The notes below the pieces were generated by a model, which was given only the letters and a program-made list of their open reading frames with translations, made no database searches and was not told the DNA's origin. The translations under genes were made by a program, and so were the position numbers. DNA of 63,979 bases, counting the filler, from Choristocarpus tenellus KU-1152 (lineage: Eukaryota > Protista > Phaeophyceae), in assembly GCA_964200185.2 (NCBI GenBank). It is 8 parts of 8 records of this genome, joined end to end, with 100 filler letters (N's around TTAATTAATTAA, not from the genome) between each part and the next. Parts side by side here need not be neighbours in the genome. Positions count along the whole stretch, not along the records: positions 52,558 to 61,377 come from CAXNAD020004294.1; positions 61,478 to 63,979 come from CAXNAD020027278.1; 6 more parts are not named here. The stretch is one strand, 5' to 3'. Below, piece by piece: positions 54,750-63,979 of this stretch (its first letter is position 1; every line of letters starts with the position of its first letter).

Positions 54750-57700
54750 TTGAGGTGGCTTAGTGGCATCCTGGGATTAAGAAAAAATTAGACGTTCCAT
54801 CTCTACAAGTTTTGCACTTTTGACTTAGTATGGAATCCCAGGTCAAAATTCGTGGGCATCCATATGTCAAACGAGAGGTACATCTTTCGATAAGCCCAAC
54901 GCCTAAAGGTGTCAAGTTCCCAAAGGTTGACCTTGGTGACCAATTCAGGCCAAGACAGTGTGGTGGTGCGGTTTGGTACCTTGTTCTGACAACTGAACCG
55001 ATCAAGCTACTTGGATGCAGACAAAGAGGTACCCATAGTAATCAAACGGAGGTTTTTACCTCATCCTGGAGTGTCAGGGAGAGGCTCTTCTGACACCTGT
55101 AGAGGAGCATTTTACAAGAGCACAGATAGTGCTGTGGGTGAGGAATTGGACACATGTCAATCTCAAAAATTGACTATAATAGGACGTCCGACTCTGATCA
55201 CTGTATAGGTCTGCACTAAAGAGGAGAATCATGAGCAGAGAAGACTTAACTGCTATGGGGATTCATACGGATCTCATGTTCAAACATCTTTTCGCCCTGT
55301 CTGACTAATGACTTGTATTGCCAAGGTCACTATGTGTTTAAAATCAAAGTACATCCTGTATGGAGGATCTAAGGTCACTGGCATGTCCAAGTGGCGAGTT
55401 ATGAAGCTGGCAGAACATCATAGGGTTATGCCCTTGACCCACCCACTTACCCTTTTCATACCTATATGTCAATCACGAAGGCTTACACTGGCAGGATATT
55501 GAGAAGGCTACCTTACCTGTCGCTAGACATGCTTTTCAAACCTATCTCTTTGGAACGAAAATCTCGGCAGTCTTACCCAGCAATAGGGGTATGTATATTG
55601 TCTCCAAAATATCTTGGGTCTAAAATTTACAGTGGGTATTTTTCAGAGCAAGACAGACAGGTTAGAGGTGCCTTAGGCGCACATCGCATAGATGGGAGGA
55701 TTGAACGCATGATTAACGTATGGGTAGCGTTAGATGGATATCAATTATGTGTTCCCACCCATTTTCGCCACTTGAGGTCTAGTTGGTGTCCAAAGAGAAG
55801 GAAGAGCAGTGCAATGCTGCCCATGAGGCCTTTCTCCAACAAACGCAAGAGCGTGGCATTCCTTGACGTGCATGGATTCGCTTGTGCCACGTAATTCATA
55901 ACCCACAGGTGACTTCCCTATAACCCACGACCTCAACCCCAAGGTCAATGTGAGCTTATGAGGGTAGCAATAACATCGGGGCAGGCCTTGTACGACCAAG
56001 CTTCACGTGTACAACACTGACATCAGAACATCAAGACTTCAACAAAGAAAATAGTTTTACTTCAATTTTAAGACGCTAAATCTCAACTCGTTCGCCGCAA
56101 TTCACTGCATCACAAACTGAGCTTTTGGGGCAATGCTTGCTGCATCATTAGTGAAACTGTCACATCTATCCAGGATGTGTTCTACATTGCAAACATCAGG
56201 ATTCTGTAATTCCACAGGTACAATTTTCTTTAGCACAGGAGTTTTGGGTACTCTAGTGACGATAGGAGTTTAGTGTCTGGTGTGAGCAGAATGCACAAAA
56301 CTTGCGTTCTCTCTTTGTTTTTCATGTCTTGTACTCAAAACAATACTTCACCGTTATTCCGAAAGATAACAATGGGGTATTTCTTCTAATCACTCCCAAC
56401 AGCATCACCTATACCCATACAAACGCCTTCACACACTCCCTCAGCTTCATGTAAAACCTTGAAATAGCACTGTTTCGCTTTTCAAAGTGAGTCTTTCCCA
56501 TCATTCCAATAATTTCAAAACACTTGTACTAGCTTGTCATATACCCTTGCCCAAAGAGGTTCATTGCTACACTCTGCAGATCCTGTTGGGTTGTTGTGAC
56601 TGAACAGGGTCCTGTTGTTGGTGCTGTTGTCATGGAGGAGAATACCACATTATCTTATGGACACGCCGACACCTTATGGACACATTATTATAGGAGGGAG
56701 AGAGTTTCACCTTTTGATCACTTCTAGGAGGTCATCCCTAAACACTGCCATCCTGCGTGACATACTGGTCAATCAAAAGATGTTACCCTTAGGAAGGACC
56801 CACACTTGCCATGTTTAGCATGGGAAGCCATAGGACGGTCGAAAGTTAAAATACTCTCTTCTGTGAGCTGTCCATCAAACAAGTCTTCAAGGTTCTTCAT
56901 GTAATGTCACTTCACCTCCCCAACCACCTCCCTGAAATCCATTAGTCTGAACCTGTACAAAAAGAGCTGTTCGAATAGAGTATTGCTTTATGAGGTATGA
57001 ATTAATTAATTAGCGGAGTGAGTATCATCCCTTGATGGGATATGAAGAAACCTACAGATTGCCAGCCTATATTGCACAGAACCCTGCAAGGATCGCTTGA
57101 CACACAGGTTGCTACCTTACCAACTCGTCCACAACATAGAAACAGAAGATCATATCTAAAAGACAACCATGTGGTTTTGACTGCGTTCTCCATTTTCGCA
57201 AGTTCATAAAACTCGGCCTCAACCTCTCCTCTCCTATGTCTAGGGAGGGCTCCATCAAACACCAGCAATCTCACATTGTTAGAGATTCACGCCACCAAAA
57301 CTTTTCATACACTCACAGAAAAAGCCCGCAAGGTGACCATCTTCATGGTATCCTTTACGCATACACGCGATACCCGCAGGGCCTGTATTGTTGCTGTCAT
57401 TATATCTTCTCCTCATGAAGGTATCTTTTGCTCACCTTGATTCCAAAACTGGGGCATCCTCACGTTGAGGCAGTTCAACCATGGGTCATTGCTGCTGACC
57501 CATACATAGACCATTCCAATTCATGCACGCCTACCCAGCCTCGTTTCCTCATCATGACCTGCTAGATTTCATTGGTGTTGTCCTGCTGGTATCTTCTTGG
57601 ATGTGCATGATCCAATTCCATACTCAACCCCTAACATCAACAAACCCTTAGTAGCTTCTTGTCTTTTGGTCAGGTCTCATAATTCTGTTGAATTGTAAAC

Positions 57701-58500
57701 ACTGCAACCAAGTCCGTCTACTGCACGACTCTCCTCATTAGGCTTGTAGTATGTGCTCTTACGAGTTTCTTGAGTCCATCTGATATGGAAATGAAAGAGG
57801 TCTTGTAAGCTTCCTATTGATAAACTTATCAAGAAAACGACGTTAATGATAATGCCTACAGGCAAAGTACGAAAAATCTTGATCTGGGTCAAGCCTCAAG
57901 ACAAGCAACTCAACAACCCATACTCTGGTTCAAGTAGAGTGTATCGTAGGTATTTGTGTTTGTGTTTGTGTCTCTACAAGAGCTGACATGGCCAATGTGA
58001 GCATACCTTTTACTTCTCAAGTGCATCCCACACACTGCATCTGGGGTCACTGGCACATCAGAAACCCTTGCGAATGCTCGTGCTAGATTGTGCAGGGGGT
58101 AAACCTCACCCGACCTTTCCTTAATCATGTTTTTACAGCCATAAGAATAGCTGGTGGCGTGCCATTCGTTCACATACGTTCCGAACCTTCATGAATGAGG
58201 AGGTTAGAGGTAACACATCAACAGAATGTGATACTTACGCCAACCATACATTTTTCTCTTCCATGCACATATCCCGTGGGCAACCTCAATTTCTTAGGAT
58301 ATACTGATTCTTTCAATCTTGTTGTCCTGTCCATATTCTTCTTCAAAGTGCACCAGTTCCAACCCTTGACTCAACACTTATACAATACTAGCCCCTTCTA
58401 CTCAATTTAATAATCCTGTTCCAGAAAGCAATCCAATTGAAGACGCTGGAACCATAGTTGGGGTCTACTTTTGCAAGGGTTCTTCCCTCTGTGCGCTTGT
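54750..58500 (-). mobile_element. Cluster of old copia relics (integrase ~54750-55450, internally deleted LTR 56954-57078, RT/RNase H ~57090-58000)
   Basis: QLHNSPLGHAS (pre-integrase HxxLGH), TAPPHCLGLN (TAPxTPQQN-like) and EAEFYELAKMENAVKTTWL (RNase H EAEY...W). 56954-57078 matches both ends of the 53534-53894 LTR. Confidence 0.6.
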
Positions 58501-60599
58501 AGTACAAGTTTTATAGAATAGTCTCAATAGTCAATCGAAAGTGAGTGCTACAGTAGTAGCAGCTTAGGCCAGCTTAAGAAGAATAAAGAAAACAATGCTG
58601 GACATACATACGAAACCCTAGTAGTCCATACCAGTTTTACCTGACATAGGGTACGCGCTGTGCAGGTCTCTGCGGGAAACGTTTTGCCTACAATAATCTA
58701 GACAATTTGTTTGGGCGCTATGTATGGGAAGTAACGACGTGGTGGAAACCGTACTAGAAAATAAAGATGCTCACTGGCACACTCTTTGGAGGCCTACAGC
58801 CAGAAGAATTTTGAGTCTGTGATGAACCACGTACAATGTTAGACGCAATGGTGACCTCATGTCCAAAAGAACTTTCTTGATCTCTTCCTCTTCGAAAAAA
58901 GGTATGCAAGCCCCCCTGGTATACACACCATGACTGAATTACTTTGGAGCAAAAGGGTGCCAGTATGCAACAGATATGGTTGAGGGTGACTGTTGTAGCG
59001 AGGCCAGGATGAGTTGATTTTTTTTGTGTGATGTCCGTGGCCAGTCACAAGGTGACTGTGCGGCAGTCAGTAAGGTTTCAATTCCTTCGCAAGAGCAGGA
59101 ACTGCAGCAGCGAAAACATCACTACCCTAATAGATATTTACTAGTGATGTTTTGATATATCTGTAACACCCCAAAAGTTGACAATTACACAAGGGTGAAC
59201 TTTGTTCCCTTAAATTATGTCGAAAGTCGAAAGGAGAACCATGGTGGGTGGAGTCTGGCTACGATAGGAGTTCATATGGATCATAAGACCTGTCGTTTTT
59301 TGGCTTGGTTCTCTTAAGAGGGACTGACTGATATGATATGACCTTGGTGTGTGTGTCCTTTTTTGATCAAAGTGTATCCTGGACAGTCACTGACATACTA
59401 GAGATCAAGCCCGTTGAAGAAGTTGTGAAAGCACTATGGGAGTTTGAATAACTCTAATCTGGACCTTTTGTCGCCTTGTTCGTAACATTACTGTACCACT
59501 CCACCTTGGAGCTTCACCTGTGTCATGCGTCTGAGCAAGTTTGGGACATGAAAGTGACCATCCTCCTTGATCGTGATGTATTCAGGATCCTTTGGATTGT
59601 TTAGAGTTTGACTTACAGCAGGTGCTTTTCCAGTCTACCTTCTCTTAAGTATTTATTGGGACAGGCGAGGTTCAGAATGTCACAGGGAGACGTTGCATGA
59701 GTGCAAGTGTCCGTAACACGACTAACCAGCAAGGGGTGGTTGACCCTCATTAATTTTAGCCCTTTCCTTGAGCAGGACGGGGACCTTGTGTTGGATACTA
59801 AGGACACCTATCACAAATAGTACCACGCCGTAGCTTCCCTCCAGCAAGTAGTGTTCAAAAGGCATTGGCGTTTTTTCACACGGCCCAGGGCCTCAATGAT
59901 TGGGGCAATCTGAAGCCTATGAAGGAGTGAAGAAGGGGGAGGCAATGCCTACGAAGGTTAAGCCGAAGGGACTCGTTAGCCTTTTCAACCCATGCCACCA
60001 TTCTTAGCATATGCAATAGCTTAACCTCCACCGTATGCCTTGATAATGACTGAGGATAGGTTTGATGAGCGCTCAAAAATAACTCTTACCTGTTGCGTTA
60101 CAATAATCAGTTTCTGCAATCTGAATATTCCCCCAATTTTTTCTTTCCCCTCCACACAATCTTCACACTTTCAACATTCTTGCCTATGCTTTGATTCGCC
60201 TGCTCTCCGTGACAATCATGGGGTTCTGATTTAGTCCATTATCTCAACGAAGCATTTGCCTCTCACTCTCATTTATTTGTAGGGTGATGTGCACCCCCAA
60301 CCCCTTAAGCACCCACTCTCCACGTCTACTTCTTGACGACGTGCTGATTCATCCCAAATTTGGGCATACTAGTTTCATTTTTTCCAAACACTTACCCTGG
60401 TTTGTCTCTTCACAACTCCACCTCGACCTCTCCTTTCAACGTTAGTGTACTGTGCTCTAAATATTAATATTTCAAAAGCGTGTACACATTGTAACCACAG
60501 TCTACCGTTGCAACGATCCTCCCCTTGAAAAGCTCGCAGTATATGCTTGAATAGGTTGATTAGTTTATGGAGAGCGAAGAACATGGTATCAGATCAAGA

Positions 60600-61377
60600 A
60601 AAGTCAAAGTTTGTGCAGTATAGGCTGGTAGTCTGTAGGTTTTTCAGAAGGTTTTTGAGAGCGAGTAGCATGTAACAAAGCTGTTAGCTGAGTGGCTTGA
60701 TTGTCAATCACTTACCTCTGCGCGGCCGGAGTCATGGGTTTCAGTCTGGGCTCCACGGATTGGCAGGACACATCTACACTGCCCACTGCAGCAAGTGTTG
60801 TCACCTGCACCTGCACCTTCGGAAACATGAGTTGGCCAAGGATGCTGGTGTAGTTGTAGATGGTGGGATTCAGTTCCTCCTCGTTGTCGTGCCTGGCAGA
60901 GAGGTCCATGCTTGGGTCAAGCGGTGTAGATGTGTCCCGCACTTCTGTGGAGCACAGACTCGAACCCATGACTACGGGTGTGCAGAGGTAGGTAGTCAAA
61001 ATCTGTGCAACATAGGCTGGTAGTCTGTAGGTTTTTCACAAGGTTTTTGATAGCGAATGGCATGTAACAACGCTGTTAGCTGAGTTGGAGCCCAGACTCG
61101 AACCCATGACTCTGGGCGCGCAGAGGTAAGTAGTCAAAGTCTGAGCAATTTAGGCTGGTAGTTTGTAGGTTTTTCATAAGGTTTTTGATAGCGACTAGCA
61201 TGTAATAAACCTGTTAGCTGAGTGGCTTAATTGTCAATCACTTACCTCTGCACGGCCGGAGTAATGGGTTTGAGTCTGGGCTCCACGGATTTGCAGGACA
61301 CATCTACACCGCTCGACCCTGGTATGGACCTCACTGCCAGGCATGACAACAAGGAGGAACTAAATCCCACTATCTAC
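60600..61377. repeat. Scrambled array of copia LTR 5'-end and RT fragments in both orientations
   Basis: LTR-start copies TG(T/A)GCA..(A/T)TAGGCTGGTAGT at ~60612, ~61003 and ~61142 are reverse complements of the 53894 end. The RT piece TSTPLDPxMDLxARHDNxEELNPTIY occurs on minus (ORF 60712-60999) and on plus (ORF 61231-). Confidence 0.8.
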
Positions 61378-61531
61378 NNNNNNNNNNNNNNNNNNNNNNN
61401 NNNNNNNNNNNNNNNNNNNNNTTAATTAATTAANNNNNNNNNNNNNNNNNNNNNNNNNNNNNNNNNNNNNNNNNNNNCCCACGATGATTCCCCCTCCCCC
61501 CTGAGCGTTGTCGGGTGTCGGTGTTTTTGGT

Positions 61532-61566
<35 letters not shown>

Positions 61567-62067
61567 GCGTGTTGGTCGGTAGTTTTGGAAGGTGAGATAA
61601 AAAAAAGAGAATCTAATCGACCTATCAACAGCATGCTTTTGTAGATTCCCATCAATACCAAGCAGGTATTACACCGGATGTACTGGGTGAATCTGTTAAT
61701 CTTGCTAGATGCGAAATTAAGATGGTCATACTGGTCAATATCTTCTCATCTATTTCCCAGCAGCAACCTAGTTAAAACCACATATATCCCCTTCACCCCA
61801 TTATAAACACTATATGATCATTTCGTGTCATACGGTGTTTCTCTACCAACAACAATGCCACATATAAAAAAATACTCCCCCACCCCCACCCCTGGAAAAA
61901 AAAAAAAAATCAAACTTCAGCTTTTCAAAACCAAGCACCATAATACAAACATCGTAATAGCCAGAAAAATTAAAAGGTGATAATATGCCACACACGCATG
62001 CAACCTCCGTTCCCTCTTTGCCCCCCTCCACCCCCCCGGCATAAATTCCCACGATGACCATCATCAC

Positions 62068-63206
62068 CTTGCATAGATCAAAGTCAGTACATGTATCACA
62101 GTGATAACGGTCTCCAGAGTGGATCTCCTTGTAACAGCTGGAGCAGGAGGTCAAGAACTTGGGTGCGTCTGGATTACACAGGTGGTACAAAACCTGTTGA
62201 CAGATATGGGTATATAGGGTAGAGTCAACACTTTAACTTAATCGCCACTCAAGCTCTCCATTAACACGGAATAGTTAAAAGAGGATAACTAAGAACTTGG
62301 TATCTAGGTCTTGAAGGACTTGAATGGATGTAAGAGGTTGGTAATAAATCCATTTGGAGAAGGTCAAGTATCTAGTTCTCGTCTGTACCTCTATTGTGTA
62401 TCTAGTTCACAGTCACCAAAAGTCCGTTCCAGGAAATTCATCCGCAGTGAGTACGGCATACCATAAACAATACTGAGACAGATCTACCCCTCCACACTCA
62501 CCACTGTAGTCATCTTGAAAGGAACTGACAACCCTATTCTAAGGTACGCCTTAGACTGTCACCAGTACACCTCACACCATAGTACTAAAACCTACCCACC
62601 CCCAAAAATCGTGTTTATTTAAAAAAAAATCGGTGGGTGTGTTTCTATCACATTATATCTACGATGGCCTAAGTAAGTTCCTAACCCATCACACATACGC
62701 TCATCAGTCTGCTTGACAGTGACATGGAACTGACAACTCGACTGCACCACAGGTGCTAACCCTAACCCTAGAAAGAAAAAGAAACCAACTAAAAAAAAAT
62801 TAGCTCTTCAATTCTTCTTGAAGTCATCATTTCAACAAGGCATAGTTCAACCCTACCTTCTGTACATCCCACAAAACAATACCATAAAAAATGCTTAAGC
62901 CAAAAGTTTAGAACATAGCCTTCACTCCAACAAATTGTCCTAACCCTAACTTTAGAAGCTACAATCCGATCAATACACTAATGAACTACACTACTCTACA
63001 CCCCACTATATAGAAAAAATATTATAGTGAGTCAAACACTGATGCCAAACCCTTCTCCCTCCCCCCCCTCCCCCTCCCCCCCCAAAAGGCTCAAATTAAA
63101 AACCATTGCTCACCATCATTGACGAGTGCTTAGCTCGCCTTAGCTGATCAAACTGATAGTGGTTGCCCTGGCAAAGATTCAAGAATGTCTGGCGAGTGTC
63201 CAACAC
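62068..63206 (-). CDS. CBP/p300-family histone acetyltransferase (end of HAT domain plus ZZ zinc finger), two internal exons
   Basis: Exons 63114-63206 ([31 protein letters not shown]) and 62068-62193 ([42 protein letters not shown]) join in phase 0. [29 protein letters not shown] is the HAC1/CBP signature of plants and stramenopiles. Confidence 0.93.
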
Positions 63207-63688
63207 CTGCAATACAAGAAAGGGAGGGAGGGAGGGAGGGGGGGAGGGGGGACTGTTCAATACTGTCCCTGTTGCCTGTTCTATACTATGTTATCAATCA
63301 ATCCCTACGCTCCAGAGATATTAATACCTAAGGTAGTGAGGTCCCGTCAAGGGCCATAGGAGCACGTTCTTCTCCTTACACATGAGACATCAAACCAAAC
63401 CCAGCTGCACTCTGATAGCACTTACAGGTTGGACCATTTTCAGCACAGAAATCAAATTTAAAGTCCCTCCTGTTTCAGTGTCTACAATTACCTTCCTTAC
63501 ATTTACTCTGACTACCTTTGGAGACAATGCCACAAGACTTGATGTTTATACACACATACACACATATACATGCACATACATTTTCATCCTCGTACAGACT
63601 TCGTGACCAGGTCATCTACTTTCAAAGACCCATCACGTATATCAGACAAATACTTCTCACCTAACCCTAGCCCTAGCCCTAACCCTAA
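62756..63688. repeat. Short interstitial telomere-like (CCCTAA)n tracts
   Basis: Two to four imperfect units at ~62756, ~62939 and ~63660. TTAGGG tracts also occur at 22861-22875 and ~47316-47342. Confidence 0.55.
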
Positions 63689-63979
63689 CAAGCCACAAAA
63701 TGCACAAAAGAAAGTTAATATTAACTAGCCCCAGCAACAATACTATCGATTAAAATAATAACAATTCCCAATCTCTGCTACTCCATAAACAGATAAAGAC
63801 CTCAAGAAGCATAAAAAAATATCTATCTATGTATATATAAACTCATCCCTAACTACTCCTACACTTATCAATTCCACAAATTGCATACTACTACCATTGA
63901 CCCAAGAGATAGTTCTACTCTCAAACCCACCACAAAGGGGCAAGGGTGCGGGTGAGGGCCCAAAGTATCTGGGGGGGGG

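Noticed and set aside
60584-60593. TGGTATCAGA as a tRNA-iMet PBS on plus
   Set aside because: No gag follows. The minus strand here reads better as a copia 3' end with a polypurine tract (AAGGGGAGGA near 60520), so the match may be chance.
61087-61160. tRNA/SINE-like segment on minus (GCCTAAATTGCTCAG...GGGTTCGAGTC, B-box-like)
   Set aside because: Both halves align to parts of the copia LTR at 53534-53894, and no convincing cloverleaf can be drawn.

Overview
Eukaryotic nuclear DNA, not prokaryotic. It has short exons, long GT-AG introns, a heavy load of decayed transposons and short TTAGGG tracts. The copia and CBP sequences look like those of a photosynthetic stramenopile such as a brown alga (inference). 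The window is eight contigs joined by an artificial 100-nt linker (N44-TTAATTAATTAA-N44), so adjacency across gaps means nothing. Host genes rebuilt by hand from splice sites and exon phase: the 3' part of an unknown gene (1-3717, +); a CaMKK-like kinase fragment with a GC-AG intron (13191-15887, -); an unknown gene (~21238-22700, -) head-to-head with a ~17.5 kb TPR + IQ/Sfi1-like repeat + LRR gene (~23097-40650, +); an apparently complete four-exon, two-TM channel-like gene resembling PAC/TMEM206 and DEG/ENaC (49556-52258, +); and two exons of a CBP/p300 acetyltransferase (62068-63206, -). Mobile DNA: several Ty1/copia relics (two with clean LTRs), two related 3-bp-TSD MITE families that nest in each other, one more TIR element, a hAT relic and two Helitron-helicase relics. 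The strongest leads are the channel-like gene and an AT-rich island (~11300-11930) of pseudogenised bacterial-type genes (FieF/p34-like CDF and YeeZ-like SDR) that may be endosymbiont DNA. All family assignments come from recognising motifs by eye; no searches were run.
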